Shown in pieces: positions 1 through 15,765 of a stretch of 64,000 bases of DNA. Below the pieces are notes generated by a model. It had not been told where the DNA came from. It made no database searches and worked only from the letters and a program-made list of their open reading frames with translations. Within the stretch, counting starts at the first letter, position 1. Every line of letters begins with the position of its first letter. Made by a program: the position numbers and the translations under genes. Origin of the DNA: the human T2T-CHM13v2.0 reference genome, Homo sapiens. The DNA lies in NCBI RefSeq assembly GCF_009914755.1, contig NC_060947.1; one strand, given 5' to 3'.

Positions 1-505
1 TCTCTATTCATAAGGGATATTTGTCTGTAATTTTGTTGTTGTTGTTGGGATATTTATCTGGCTTTGGTGTCAAGGTAATGTTGGCCTCATAGGATTAGTT
101 AGGAAGTGTTCTCTCCTCTTCTATTTTTTGAAAGAATTTAATAAGACTTGGAGTTAATAATTTTTAAAATGTTTGGAAGAATTTACCAGTGAAGCCATCT
201 GGTCCTGGGCTTTTTATGGTTGGCAGGTTTTTGAATGCTGTTTCGATCTCTTTATGTGTTATAGTCTGTTGAGATTTTCTGTATCTTCTTGTGTCAGTTC
301 AGATAATTTGTGTGTTTCTAGAAAATTTTCCGTTTTATTTAGTTTATCTAATTTTGGGGGATACAAATATTTATATTATTCTCTTATAATCCCTTGTGTT
401 TCTGTAAGGTTGGCAGGAATGTTTCCACTTTCATTTCTGATTTTAATTATTTGTGCATTCTGTCCTTTTGTCTTTGTCAACGTAGTCAAAAGTTTGTCAA
501 TTGTG

Positions 506-855
<350 letters not shown>

Positions 856-1107
856 CTATTGCTTTTCTCTTCCCTATTTTATTATCTCTAGTCTGATCTT
901 TATTGTTCCCATCCTTCTACCAGTTTTGGGTATAGTTTACTGTTTTTAGTTGTTCAAGATGTAAAGTTAGATTATTGATTTGAGACCTTTCTTCTTTTTT
1001 AATGTAGGTGTTTGTGCCATAAATTTCCCTCTGAGCACTGCTTTCACTTTCCCATAAGTTTTAGTATGCTGTGTTTTCATATTTATTTGTTTCTAGGTAA
1101 TTTCTTT

Positions 1108-1410
1108 CTTCTTCTTTCTTTTTTTTTTTTTTTTTTTTGACAGGGTGTTGCTCTGTCACCTAGGCTGGAGTGCAGTGGCAAAATCACAGTTCAGGGCAGC
1201 CTTGACCTCCTTGGTCTCAAGTGATGCTTCCAATTCAGCCTCCCTAGTACTGGGGACTACAGGTGTGTGCCACCATGACCTGCTAATTTTTGTATTTTAT
1301 GTGGAGAGGGGGTTTTGCCATGTTGCCCAGGCTGATCTCCAACTCCTGTGCTCAAGTGAACTACCCACCTGGGCCTCTTAAAGGGCTGGGATTACAGGCA
1401 TGAGCCACCA
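1108..1410 (-). mobile_element. AluJ
   Basis: Poly-T followed by antisense Alu with J-type divergence. TSD taatttcttt at 1098-1107 and 1411-1420. Confidence 0.9.
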
Positions 1411-1724
1411 TAATTTCTTTTGCAATTTCTTCTTTGACCATTTTTTAGAGAGTGGGTTGTTTAATCACGACATATTTGTGAAGTTCTAGTTTTTCCTTCT
1501 GTCTTTGATTTACAGCCTCCTTCCATTGTGGCTGGAAAATATACTTTGAATTATTTCAATCTTTCAAAATTTGTTGAGACTTGTTTTGTGGCATAATATA
1601 TGGTCTAGTTTTCCATGTGCACTTGAGAAGAATGTATTCTGCTGTTCAGTAGATAGTTCTATATAATTCCATTAGTTCTTATTGGTTTATAGTGTTGTTC
1701 AAGTCCTCTATCTTCTTATTTCCT

Positions 1725-2080
1725 ATGCCACATTTTAGCTACCCATTCTACTACTGCTGGACAATTATATTGGTCATAGTATTTTGCTATTATAAACAAA
1801 GCTTTATTAAAATGTCTCCTTGTGCACATGTTTCTCATACCTAGGAGTGGAATTGCTATGTGTAGGGTATGCACATGTTCAATTGAACTAGCCAATGCCT
1901 ATTTTCCAAAGTGGCTATATCAATTTACATTCCCACCCTCAGGGTATAGTGAGAGTTCTCAGTACTCCACAGCTTGACAATGGTTGGTATTATCAGACTT
2001 TTTAGTTTTTGTCAACCTGGTGGTTGTGTTATGATGTCTTATTGTGGATGCAATTTTTATTTCCTTGACTATAGTAAGTT
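1725..2080 (-). mobile_element. L1M (ME-like) 3' fragment
   Basis: Motifs 'tacctaggagtggaattgct' and 'ttttccaaagtggctatatcaatttacattcccacc'. Confidence 0.7.
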
Positions 2081-2194
2081 ATATTCACCACTTTGTCCTT
2101 CTTTTGTTTCCTTTTGTTTCTCTCATGTTCCCATTCTTTCCCCTCCAACCATTGCCATGATCCTCTCTCTCCCATGCAATTCAAAGAGAATCAC

Positions 2195-2330
2195 ACCGGT
2201 GATTAAAAGTACATGTTTGGAATCAGGTTTGGTTTCTAGTCCTGCACTGTCACTTTGTAACTGTGTGATGTCTGGCAAGGTACTTAATAGTACCTAGCCT
2301 AATCACTTAATAGATGCTCACTATTATTAT
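2195..2330 (+). mobile_element. MIR fragment
   Basis: 'cactttgtaactgtgtgatgtctggcaaggtacttaa' resembles the MIR core. Confidence 0.55.
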
Positions 2331-2399
2331 ACAGCTTAACTTTAGACTCAGACAAACTGACATTCAAATTTCAGCTTCGCTTCCAACATTTTATTTAAC

Positions 2400-3630
2400 A
2401 AACTTTTTAAAAACATTCTATTTTGAAGTAATTGTAGATTCACAGGAAGTTATAAAAAATGTACAGGAAGAGCCTGTATTCCCTTCATCCAGTTTCTCCC
2501 AATGTTTTGTATCTTATGTAATTATAGTACAATATCAAAACCAGAAGCTGACACTGAATGATGTATATATATATTTCATTTACGATGTGTAGATTCATAG
2601 AAGCATGACCACAATTAAGGCACAGAGCTATTCCATTACCACAAAGGCCTCCCTCCTGCTACTACTTCATAACCACACCCATATCATTTCTCCCACCATC
2701 CCTAGCACCTGGCAACCACTAATCCATTCCCCATGTCTATAATTTTATTATTTCAAGAATGTTTTATGAATTGAATCATATAGTATGTGCCCTTTTGAGA
2801 TTACCTTTTTTGCACTCAGCATAATTCCCTGGAGATACATTCAAGTTGCTGCTTGAATCAATAGTTCATTCCTTTTAATAGTTCAGTAATTCCATGTGAT
2901 GGATGTACCACAGCTTCTTTAACCATATAGCCATCTAAGGTCATAGTTATCTCCAGTTTGGAGCTATTATAAATACAGCATCTATGAACTTCTGTGTACA
3001 AATTTGTACGATAACAAGTTTTCACTGGCAAGTACAATATCTGAGTCATATGGTAAGCCCACTTAAATTTTAAAAGGAACTGCCAAGTGATTATCCAGAG
3101 TAGTTGTACGATTTTACATTCCCACACATAATGTATGAGTGATCTAGTTTCTCAGCATCCTCATCAGCATTTGTTGTTGCCACAAGTTTTTATTTTAGCC
3201 CTCTTGATTTGCGTGTATTGATATCTCATTGTGGTTTTAATTTGAATTTCCCTAATGGCTAATGATGTTGAATGCCTTTTCATGCACTTTATTTGCCATC
3301 AGCATGTCTTCTTTAGTCAGGTATCCGTTCAGATATTTTGCCTATTTTTTAATTGGGTTGTTTTCTCATTGTTGGGCTTTATAAGTTTTTTATGCAGTCT
3401 AGGTACCAGTCCTTTTCCACTATCAGGTTTGCAAAGATTTTCTCCCACTATGTAGCTTGTCTTTTTTTGTTCTTAATAGAATATTTAATGTAGCAAAAGT
3501 GTTTTATTTTTATGAGGTCAAAAATATCAAACTTTTCAGTTAGGGATCATACTTTTAGTGTTAAGTCTAAAAACTCTTCACCTGGCCCTAGGTCATAATG
3601 ATTTTTTTATTACAAAAAAAAAGTTTTTAT
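2400..3630 (-). mobile_element. L1MC-type 3' end
   Basis: 'ttttgaagtaattgtagattcacaggaagtt', 'ctggcaaccactaatc' and 'atttccctaatggctaatgatgttgaa'. Confidence 0.8.
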
Positions 3631-3689
3631 AGGTGCTAGCTCTTTAAATCTCCTGGAACTCAGCCAGAGGTGGAAGGGCTTGCAACAAT

Positions 3690-3780
3690 GTGGAATGAAT
3701 AAGATCTAGTATTTTGTAGCACAATAGGGTGACTATAGTTAGCAATAATTCATCGTATTTTAAAAAATGATTAAATGAAT
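3690..3780 (+). mobile_element. L1MA-type 3' UTR fragment
   Basis: Motif 'aataagatctagtattttgtagcacaatagggtgactatagtt'. Confidence 0.6.
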
Positions 3781-5129
3781 CTCCACAATCCAGCTGTCTA
3801 ATTTCAGAATCCAAGTGCTCAATCACCACTTTATACTAACTTTGAGCAATTTATATTACTTCTTGGTTACTGCATTTCTTCATATGTGAAATAGCGATGA
3901 TTAATTCTTACTCATTGGGAAGATTAAATGAAATAATTCATGTGCCTGGTTCATGGTAAAAATGATTGATGAATGTAAGCCATGGTAGTTACTGTAGCCT
4001 TGCTATCAACTCTCAGGGCTGAAGAGGTCTGTGGTTTATAATCAAGTTTACAGACTTCTGGAAATAAGATGAGCTTTTTTGGCTAAGCCACCTGTGAAAT
4101 GGGTGACTTTATTCTAATTTAAGACGGTACAGCATAAATGGTTAGAGACAGCGAGAAATTAGAGAGCCCTCACTCGGGCAGTGAGGCTTTATGTAATATT
4201 TATATCCAGTATAGAATCTCCAGGACTGGAAAGCACCTTAGAGATCCCAGGATATACATATAAAAGATGTAAGATATTTAATGAGAAGTTTAATATCATA
4301 TGCATTTATTAAGTTCTCTTTTGTGCAAGGCAGGGTTTATAAGAAAAAAAAATCAGATCTTTTCTCTCCCAGTCTTCACACAAGTAGTTGTTCTTTTGGT
4401 AGGGATTGGAAGAGGTGTGCAGCAGGCTAGGTTTTTTGTCTATAGCTACATTTTTTTTTTTTTTTCTGATTTGTTTTCAGGTGTGGATCAATTGTTACCT
4501 TTTTAAATTCAGGAAGCAAGATGACTGAGCAAAACAACTTTCAGTGCTTTTAGCGAATCCCAAGTGGGTGTTCAATGTTGCTAGAGGGGATTAACAGGCA
4601 TACCGAGTGAGAAGTATTTCAGTCAAAGTACACAACTGGGCACTCAGAGTATAGCAGGGAAAAAAAGAAAAGCATAATGTGAATAGAAATCCTTTTTTCC
4701 CCCGCCAAATATGGTGGCCACTCAGACAGCAGTTCATATAACTGGGTTTCTGCGATGCTGTTTCTATCACAGCTGAGAGCAGGTTTTTGGACCTTTTGGT
4801 TTCCATCCTTTTTCAACAGTGCAGCTTTTCTTCTGTTTTATGCTACCACCACCTGCTGTCCTATTCCTACCAAACAGAATCTCTTCTCTTTTCCAGAAAG
4901 AACTAATCAGACTGCAAGCCATGATAGGGACATCTTTCAAGAAGTTTAAGCAATGACACAACTTTGGAAACCTTAATTTTAAAGCCACAGGCTTTTAAAA
5001 ATAGAAATGTCTTGTTTTTAAATGCCTGTAGGCAAAGTATCTTCATTTCTAGGCATGTAATAATAAAGCATGGGATACACGATTTTCACCATAGCAAGAG
5101 GAAACAATTGTATGGACAAACATTTTATT

Positions 5130-5310
5130 TATTTTTATTTAACAACCACTTATCTAGCATTTATTATGTACTAGGCAGGATTTTAAATGCTCTACTAGAA
5201 TTAAGTCGTTTGAATCCTCATATCAACCCTATGAGGTAAGTTCTATTATTATTTCCATTTTAACAATGAGAAAACCAAGGCACAAAGAGGTCAAGTGACA
5301 TGCTCGAGGT
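5130..5310 (-). mobile_element. MIR
   Basis: Motif 'aaccctatgaggtaag...ccattttaacaatgagaaaaccaaggcacaaagaggtcaagtgac'. Confidence 0.75.
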
Positions 5311-5313
5311 CAC

Positions 5314-6130
5314 TGTGGTGGATTATAATATTGTTAAAAATATTAGCTACTCCTCCCTGTGGGAGGATTATACATCCCTGCCCTGTTGACATCAGCCTTG
5401 GCTGTGTGACTTATGCCCCTCCCTGTGGGAAGAGTCCTCTTCCCCTCCCCATTTGCATCCAGCTCAGCCATGTAATTTGCTTTGTCCTATGACATATGAG
5501 CAGAAGTAAAATGTTCTGAACAAAGGCCCTGAGAGTCGGCTCAGGGTTCACCACATTCCTTCTCCATCCAGGAGACCAACAGTGTTCGTGAGAGGAGCTG
5601 TTCCTTCACGTTGGATCCTAGAGTGAAGACAGATGAAGAAGAATTTTAGTTGACCCAGATAGTACATGACTGATAATTAAATTTTTTGTGGTGTAAACCA
5701 CTAAAATCCTTTATTATTTGTTCCTGTGTTTGTCATCTTTGGCAACATAACAACCAACTACCAGATTTTAGTGGCATGCAGTAATAAACACTATTTATTG
5801 CTTTCAAGTTGGAAGATAATAAAGAAGCTCTGCTCCAGGTGTCTCATTTTAGGGCCCAGGATGAAGGGCCAACAGCTATCAGTGGTGTGTTCTTCTCATG
5901 CAATGGCAAAACTGTAAGAGGGAAAGCTCAACTGCCCAAGTATATTCCAAACATCTACTGATATAATATCCTCTAACATCCCATTGGATAAAGCAAGTCA
6001 CATGACCAGGTCCAACGTCAAGAGGTGAAAAAGTATAAGCTGCTCACCATAATGCAATGGCAACGGAGTGGATGTATAATAATATTATTGGTGTAATAAA
6101 GAATTGACATCAACTACTGAACCTATCACA
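5314..6130. mobile_element. Old MLT1 (J/K-like) MaLR LTR fragments in two orientations
   Basis: TG start, 'ctcagccatgtaatttgctttgtcctatg' and 'ccattggataaagcaagtcacatgacc' are MLT1 motifs. Confidence 0.6.
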
Positions 6131-6214
6131 GTTACTTCCTTATAACCTAGGTAAGATGACAGTGTCAGTAGCTGGAATTCAAATCCAGGCAGTTTGGCTT
6201 TATATGGTTTTATG

Positions 6215-7512
<1,298 letters not shown>

Positions 7513-7514
7513 CC

Positions 7515-7555
7515 TGTATTAGTCTGCTCTCACACTTCTATGAAGAAATACCTGA
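7515..7555 (-). mobile_element. THE1/MST LTR terminal stub
   Basis: 'tgtattagtctgctctcacacttctatgaagaaatacctgag' is a MaLR LTR end. Confidence 0.65.
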
Positions 7556-7803
7556 GGCTGGGAGCAGTGGCTCACACCTGTAATCCCAGCACTTTGGGAG
7601 GCCAAGGCAGGCAGATCACCTGAGGAAGGGAGTTCCAGACCAGTCTGGCCAATATGGCAAAACCCCATCTCCACTAAAAATACAAAAATTAGCTGGGCGT
7701 GGTGGCAGCTGCCTGTAATCCCAGCTACTCAGGAGGTTGTATCAGGAGAATTTCTTGAACCCACAAGGCAGAAGTTGCAGTGAGCTGAGATCGCACCACT
7801 GCA
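7556..7803 (+). mobile_element. AluS, 3'-truncated with no A tail
   Basis: Alu sequence stops at 'cgcaccactgca'. Confidence 0.9.
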
Positions 7804-7811
7804 TTTAAATT

Positions 7812-7865
7812 AAATCGCCTAACAATGCATTTCTCAAATCTGTATTTAAGCAATGTGTGACTGTA
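7812..7865. mobile_element. Tigger3-family terminal fragment
   Basis: 'cgcctaacaatgcatttctca...tgtgactg' followed by TA; resembles the terminal inverted repeat of the Tigger at 37834. Confidence 0.55.
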
Positions 7866-7889
7866 TATATTTCTAGATCTCACTGTTTT

Positions 7890-8042
7890 TGGGGGTATTC
7901 ACATTTCTTTCATGTGATGCCTCCATGTACATAATGTATTTGTATACCTTTTCTCCTATTGATCTGTCTCACATCAATTTAATTTGTAGCCCATCCAAAG
8001 AACCTAAAAGGGTGGAGATAAACTATTTTTCCCTCTCCTACA
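7890..8042 (+). mobile_element. MER34-family LTR, 3' part
   Basis: Ends 'aacctaaaagggtggag...ttttccctctcctaca'; similar to the LTR end near 35880-35923. Confidence 0.6.
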
Positions 8043-8124
8043 ATAGATTGATCAGGGATTAAAAACAAAAAAAGAAGACACAAATTACCAATGGTAGGAA
8101 TGATATAGGAGACACTATTACAAA

Positions 8125-8830
8125 TAGTGTCCTGGAAGCCAAGTGGAGGAAGTAAATTAAGGTAGAAAAAAGTGGTCAAGCCTGTCAAATGCTGCTGATA
8201 AGTCAAGCAACATGATGATTCAAAAATCCCACTAATAGAATTAACTTGTGACCTTGATAAGAGCAGTTTTGGTGGTGGGGCTGGGGAGGGACAAAAGCCT
8301 CAGTGAATCAGGTACAAAACAGAATAAGAGGAGAAGAATTTGAGTCCTTGACTACAGGCAACTCTTTTAAGAATTTTGCTGGAGAAGGAAGTGGAGAAGT
8401 GGCGCAGTATCTAAAAGCAGAAGTAGGGTAGGGGAAAGAGTGTATTTTTTAAGATGGGAGAAACAACAACACGATTGTATGCTAATGAGAATGATAGAGA
8501 GAGAAAATTTGACGATATAGAAGGAAGAGGGGAGAATTGTTAGGGCCATGTCTCTGAGTAGGCAAGGAGAATAGAATCTATTGCACATGAGGAGACATTG
8601 TCCTCAGCCAAAAGTGTGGATGGCTCTTTCAGAACAACTGGAGAGAAGGCCAAGTATAGTGGTACAGAAGCTGCAGGTAGGTGTGTACATAAGGCACTAG
8701 GAACTTGTTGACAATCTCTTCTGTTTACTTCCATTGTCTCAAGAAAATAACAAACAATGTCATCAGGTGAGAGTAAAAATGGAAGAGGGGGTACTGGAGA
8801 TTTGATGAGAGAGAGAAAGATGTCTAAAGT
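8125..8830 (-). mobile_element. L2 fragment
   Basis: Motifs 'gtcaaatgctgctgataagtcaag' and 'tgaccttgataagagcagttttggtgg'. Confidence 0.7.
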
Positions 8831-9588
8831 TCCTTTCAGTTTCAACATTCTGTGATCTTCAACCACAGGATAAAATACAGAGAAATGTTCACGTTTTTCC
8901 TCCTTGGAGGAAAGAGCAAGTTCTTTCTATAGAACTTGTTCTTATTTCTATCCTTCCCCCTTCCTCCCTTAAAAAAATCCCTCAGTTTTGAAGCTCATGT
9001 AATCAGACTAAACCCCTCCCCACCCCTCTTGTTCCTGTTGTTCACAGACCCCCATGTTTTGCTGAAATAAATTGAGCATCATTCTATAGCTAAATGCAAA
9101 CACCGTAGAGCAGGTATTAAATCAATTTGTTTCCGTTGCAATCAAATAGGCCCCAGATCAGTGAAAAGAGGCAGGCAGAAGAAAGAAATAATATTGTGTT
9201 GTAATTGTTGTCAATATGCAAAAGTCACACATCTTACTCCATATTTCCAGGGTTTTAAAGGACAGTATCCCCATACAACAGAGTGAAAGCAGAGACACAG
9301 GATAGCAAAGGATGAGGAACAAAAAGGAATTGTTCTTTTCACACAGGAAGTTCTCTATTAAGAAATTTAAAAATATATTATAAGGTATTATTGGAATAAT
9401 TTACCTAAAGTTATAAAACACTATTTAGTGAAAAACGCATCAATCATGTGAAGCTAATATTGCTTTTATTGCTTTATTTTAAAATTTTTCTAATATTCCT
9501 AGGACAATTATAGTTGTTGCTTGTATCCTTTCTACCATTTAAATGCATAAATAAGGTTAAGGATCAAGCACTCTTTGCAAACATTTTA

Positions 9589-10040
<452 letters not shown>

Positions 10041-11959
10041 AATATTTTTAATGTAATGTGAACAACAAAAAAAGAGGAGGAAAAAGGAGAAAGAAAGAGG
10101 AGGAAGCAGAAAAAGACAACGAAGATGAAAGGGCTATGCTAAGGGATTGCCTCTGCTTTAGAGAAAGAACTCAAGTGCACAATGGGGTAGTAATGTTGCA
10201 AAATGGACTTCTGGAGTAGATTTGCTTGCTTTCTTTTATAAGCATATAGTTTCTGTTTACACTGTCAAAGCTTTTTGAAGAATATGATACTACTTCTAGC
10301 TTGTAAATTCCTTGAGGGCACAGGCCGTGTCTTATAGATCTTTGTATCTCACATAGCATCTAGCCATGGTGGAGGTGCCCAATAAATATCTGTAGAAGGA
10401 ATGACTGCAGAAGTTGAAGCATATTAAATATTTTTAAAAGGAATACACAATGTAGTTTAATAAAATGTAAAATGCATCTTTCCAAATATTATTTTAGGTG
10501 AATTGTGAATCCACATATTTCAAAGTAAATTTAATTTATATTTTGCCAAGTCATTTTTATTTATTTATATATTAACTTTTTAATTTTTTAATATGCATTG
10601 AAAATTTTATGGCTCATTAGAACTGTTATTTCTAGGTTTCCCTAACTTTTTATTTTGAAAAATTTAACAGAATATAGCCTTCATCTACATTCATTTGTTG
10701 CTAATACTTGGCCACATTTATTTTCTATAACTTTCAAAGTAAAAACAAAAACAAATTCTTTTAGAGCCACTTCAAAAATGCAAATAATGTTGAATTTTTT
10801 TTGTAGGAATCAGATAGGGCATTTTGTCAACTCTGATGATGTCAAACTTCTAACATTTCTAAGATTTTAAGACTTTTATAAAAGAGATTGACAGATCTCT
10901 TTTAGTTAACAATTTTAAATCAACCTGAAAAAAGTGTAATTATAATAGTTCCTTTTAATATTCACATACAGCATAGATATATTTTTAATTTAAACAAGAA
11001 TGCTTTGTTATAATTCTATGAATAATATATTAGTCTTTTATTTATTTTCTATTTTTGAAGATAAATATTTGATTTATAATAATATCTGGCACAAAAGCAT
11101 TCCATGTTCTTTTTATTTTACCTATATTATAGAAGTGAGTTAAATTTATACATCTAGACTTGAGTATGACATTTCTACTCTGCATGTCAAGGTTGAATTC
11201 TAGGCTAGGTAATAAACATTTGAAACCACAGCAAATATACCCCGGGAATTAGCAAAACATTTGAGCTAGTTTCCTGCAATGCAGTTGTCTTGGCTCACAA
11301 TACATTTCTAGTTTTTCTTTCAGTAACATAAGACTAAAATTTGGACATGTGCAATTTGTCCCCATTGAATTTTGGTGCTCCAGTTTTTCTGTGCAAATTA
11401 AAATAACTGATCATTAAGTGTCATATCAGGTTTAAGGAATAACAATATTTCTTTAGTTCTTCCACAGTTCATCAAGTATTTTCACTAACATTACCTCATT
11501 TTTAATTCACTATATTCCTGTGAAGTCAGTAGTAGTGGGATCCTCATTTTATAGACAAGGAAACCAGATCACAGAGAGTTTAAGTGATTTTCCCTATACA
11601 TACTGCCATAAAGTGGAGGAAGATCTAGATCTAATTCCAAAGTCAGTGCTTTATCCATATCTTGTCATGCCTAATTACTAAATTATAAAGGGCTGGACAT
11701 AAATCTGATAGCCTTTTGGAATTGCTCAACTGATAAAATAGGCCTCATGTTCTGAGACAGCAGTAGAGTGGGCAAGGAAACACTTTCAATAAGCTAAAGA
11801 TGTAGAGGGATCCAGAACAAATCAAAGAATTAGATGATTTTCAGAAGGGCAGATTCAGAAAAGTGAACATTCTTCACGTATGCTAAATGCTACCTTGAGG
11901 AAAAGGAAGCATATTTATTATTGCTTCCAGGCCAGAACTAAAACGAATGGGTGAAAATT

Positions 11960-12190
11960 CATAGTAATAATGATCAATTTTAATAGACATGATGTGCTGG
12001 GTACTTAATTAGCACTTTACATGTGTTCTTTCATTTAACGATGAAAAAGAGTATAACCATTTTACAGATGAGGAAACTGAAGCTTCAAGTGGTTCAGTAA
12101 ATTGTCTAAGGTCATACAGATAATCAGTGGTGGTGCAGGGATTTGAATATGTGTCTGACTCCAGAGCCTGTGACCCCAATCTCCATGCTG
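11960..12190 (-). mobile_element. MIR
   Basis: Motif 'ccattttacagatgaggaaactgaagcttc'. Confidence 0.75.
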
Positions 12191-12479
12191 TGCTTTTTAT
12201 TCTTTAGGCCATACTGCCTATACATGGGTAATGGAGTTACCTGAAGGAATTATCCCAGAATGCTTTGAGGGTGAATGGAAGACTGTCTCAAGGGTGTTAA
12301 ACACTGGTGTTTGTCATGCAACCTAGCTCTGAACCAGGCATTTGTTCAAATTAAACACTGGAATTGAATGGGGAGAACCTGGGTATTCTGAGCATTCTGA
12401 AAAATAGCATTGGCATTTGTCCTGGGAAGGAACAATTGAAAGGAAGGAAGAATTCAAAGGCTGAACAGTTCCTAGAAGT

Positions 12480-13480
12480 CAGAAAGACAAGATGGCAGCC
12501 AGAGTCCACATGAGTAAAGGGCAAGAAAGAACCTAGGTACCACCATCCATCTGGTTGCTCAAATCCACACCTATCAGTAATCTTTGATTTGTTACTCTTT
12601 TTCTTTTTTTTCCACCTAACCTCCCTCACCTGGTTTACTAAGAGGGTCCTGCCAACTCTACCTCCCACATATTTACTGAATCCCTTCATTTCTCTCCACT
12701 GTCATCATCCTAGTCCAGTTCTTCCTTATCTCCCACCTGGATGACTGCAATAACCACTAACTGGTCTTGCCGACTCTACCCTTGACCCTTACAGTCTATT
12801 CTCAACAAGAAGCCAGAGTGAGCTTGTGAAAATGTGAACAAAATCATGTCATGTCTCTGCTAAAAATAGTTTAGGGGCTACTCACTGCTCATAGGATAAA
12901 GAAAAACTCCTTCCCAGGCCTAAAAAGTCCTCACATGGATTGGCCTCCATCTGCCTCCCCAGGCTCCTGTTGCCCCACACTTCTCTTTACTCTCTCCAAG
13001 CCCCAGGCAATGCAGTGTAGTGCTAAGAGCCTAGATTCTGGAGCCAGACTGCCTGGACTTGAATTCTGGCTTGACCACTTAGTAGCTCTGTGACCTTGGG
13101 CAACTTACTTAAGATTCCTGTACCTCAATGTCCCCTATTAATAAAATAGAATAATAATAGTACCTAGCTCATAGATACCAACTCAATTAAGTGAATTTGT
13201 ATATGGCAAGTTCTTCAAATAGTGCTTGGAATATAGTGAGCATTGTTATTATAATGCCCAGCTCAGCCCTGCCTCAGGGCACTTCCACTTGCTGTTTCTT
13301 CTACCTGGAACGTTCGCACACCAGGTCTTCATTAGACAAGCACTTTCTCATTCTTAAGACCTAAGTGCAAATATCATTTTTGCCAAAAACCACCCCGACC
13401 CTCCCATCCCGATCCAGTCAACTCTATTACAATGCTTGGTTTTATTGCCTTCATGACACTCACAATTTGTTAAATAAATG
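12480..13480 (+). mobile_element. L2 fragment with a nested MIR at about 13010-13250
   Basis: L2 motif 'cacctggatgactgcaataaccactaactggtct'; MIR motif 'ctggagccagactgcctgg...gtgaccttgggcaacttacttaa'. Confidence 0.75.
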
Positions 13481-14335
13481 AATAAATGTACTGTCTTCTC
13501 AGGGACTGCATTAGGACGTAGTTAGAAGGAGGAGTGGAACCTTGTAAGGCTCTTTGCAACCTTTACTGGTGTTTAAAGATCAGAAACTTCTGTTTCAGAA
13601 ATCTATTTTTATGCTGCTTGTTTATTCTATAATTGTTTCCTTTTATTTCCCCTTAGTGATTAGTAAAGTTCTCTTGGAAAATGTCAGTTCTCCCAGCTGT
13701 GCAAAGGAAAACACAGAAAGGGGTTTTTGTACCTAACTGGTCCTGAGTCAGAGGAACTAGAAGGGGGAGCATGAGAGTGGCATTCAATATCCAAGAAAGA
13801 GACCCCCAGGAGAGTGAGGAAGAACCAAGGACTGAGGGCACGGCAACAGCCTAGCGGTGCTTCTTCGGAAAATCGTCATGCTTTGCAGGTGATTGTTTTA
13901 ATAAAGAAGGCTGAGCCCTTACCGCTCCCATCTGTCATGGCCATGGAACAGGAATCCCACAATGAAGAAGAGGGCTTCACACATTGCTTGGCACACAGTA
14001 AGCATCTAGTAACTAAACATAGCACACGCTTATCACTTGTCTACTGTGTGAGAGACACTGTGCTAAGCTCTAAGCATGCATTATCTAATTGAATCCTCAC
14101 GTGGATCTTCTGAGGGTCTTTTTACAGAAAAGGAAACTGAGGCTCAGGGAGGATAAATGACTCTTCTGAGGTCGCAGAGCTAGTATATAGGATTTAAATC
14201 CAGGTTTTTGTTCTTAATAGCCTCCCTATTTGATGAATAATGAATCCCTGAGATCTTTGCTGATAATAAGATTATATGTTTTACAAAGTTCAGCCAAAAA
14301 GAAATAATTTGTATCAAAATCAAACACTGTAGAAC

Positions 14336-14517
14336 CATGGTTCTCAACCATGAACAATTTTGGCCCTGAGGAGACATTTGGCAATTTTCAAAGACATCTG
14401 CTGAGTGGGTAGAAGCCAGGAATGCTGTTACACGTCCTAGAATGTACACGTCAGTTTGCCACAACAAAGAAATACGTAGTCCAAAATGTCCATAGTGACA
14501 AGGCTGAACAACTCTGC
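14336..14517. mobile_element. MER20 (hAT-Charlie)
   Basis: Motif 'ggttctcaacc...gacatttggcaat...gggtagaagccaggaatgctg'. Confidence 0.7.
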
Positions 14518-15577
14518 TGTAGAAAGAATGGTTAAGGCAAAGAGGAGAATATGTTTCATTTGTAAAAATGTATCAGAAGAAATGGAACAGTTCTGAATAC
14601 CACTTTTTGTTTTCCCCTCATGATGCACTAGTCCAAACTTTAAATGTATTGTATATTTTTAATGATATTATCAATGAGGGTCAAAGTCAGCTCGCTCCTC
14701 TGAAAGCTCTCATTCTCCAAATAGAATAAAGCAAAATGTTGAACTACAGAACTGACCACCCATGATTCTGCCCACCAATACATTCTTTACTCCTTTAATT
14801 CCACATTAATCCAGGGTGGTAGACAGGGTTCAAAAATCTGTCTGAGCTCATGACTCTGGGCCAATCCTGACCTCTCGTTGCCATCTTACAGCAATGGCTT
14901 CTCCAACTGCTTCAGACACTGTGGTCCTAGTTACATGAATGGTAGCTTCAATTTTGATTAAAATTCTTAAGCCACAGTCATATTTCCCTTTGTCTTTGTG
15001 GTGAGCCTGCGTGAAATAAATGAATGCATCAGCACACACTGGAGCAAGGAGATGGGACTCTGACAATTCTAAGCTATTCACAAAGTTTTTCCATAATCGT
15101 GAATTCAGGGCACAGTTTGGATGGCCAGAAACAAATGGTTGCAACAACTCATCCTCGCACTCTTTTTTTCCCAAAAGGTTGACTATAACTATTGCTTTGT
15201 TAAACTTTATGAATTACATTTCAAAAGAGAAAATACCACTCTAATCCACTTGCTATTGATGACAGCAAGATTAACTGTTGCCTCAAACTCATGTCCCTCC
15301 CACAATGTCTAGCAAAGTATTTGTAAGTGTTACCCAGGGATCCACCCGCTCATTAAAAAGACCCATGTTGCAAATACCAGTCTGGAAACCTATTGGCTTC
15401 TAGAACAAATACAAATAAGCAGATTATGTCGTTTATCCCCTCTCTCTTTGTATCTGTAGCTAGATGTACAGAATAGAATGTGATAAAACAGGGTTTAAGG
15501 AAATAGTAGCATACAGAAATTTTGCTCTTGAGGAAAATACTTGTTTTAAGAAATAAAAGCACCAATATAAAAAGATT

Positions 15578-15765
15578 TGCCTGGGGCTAGGAGGAGGGAA
15601 GAATGGAGAGTGACAAAATTGATCGTGTAGAGGGTTTTATTTGGGGTTGAAGAACAGGTTTTGTAAGTAGGTAGTAGTGCTAGTTGTACAACATTGTGAA
15701 TGCGCTAAATACCACTTCTAAATGGTTAATTTTGTTATGTAAATTGCACCAATTTTTTTTTAAGA
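15578..15765 (+). mobile_element. L1MB-type 3' end
   Basis: Motif 'gttgtacaacattgtgaatgcgctaaataccact...atggttaattttgttatgtaaatt'. Confidence 0.65.

Noticed and set aside
4450-4490. Strong isolated splice acceptor 'ttttctgatttgttttcag|g'
   Set aside because: No convincing ORF or partner exon; T runs create such sites by chance.
5350-5480. Internal direct repeat 'cctccctgtggga'
   Set aside because: It lies within an old MLT1 LTR and is degenerate; most likely a feature of the element.
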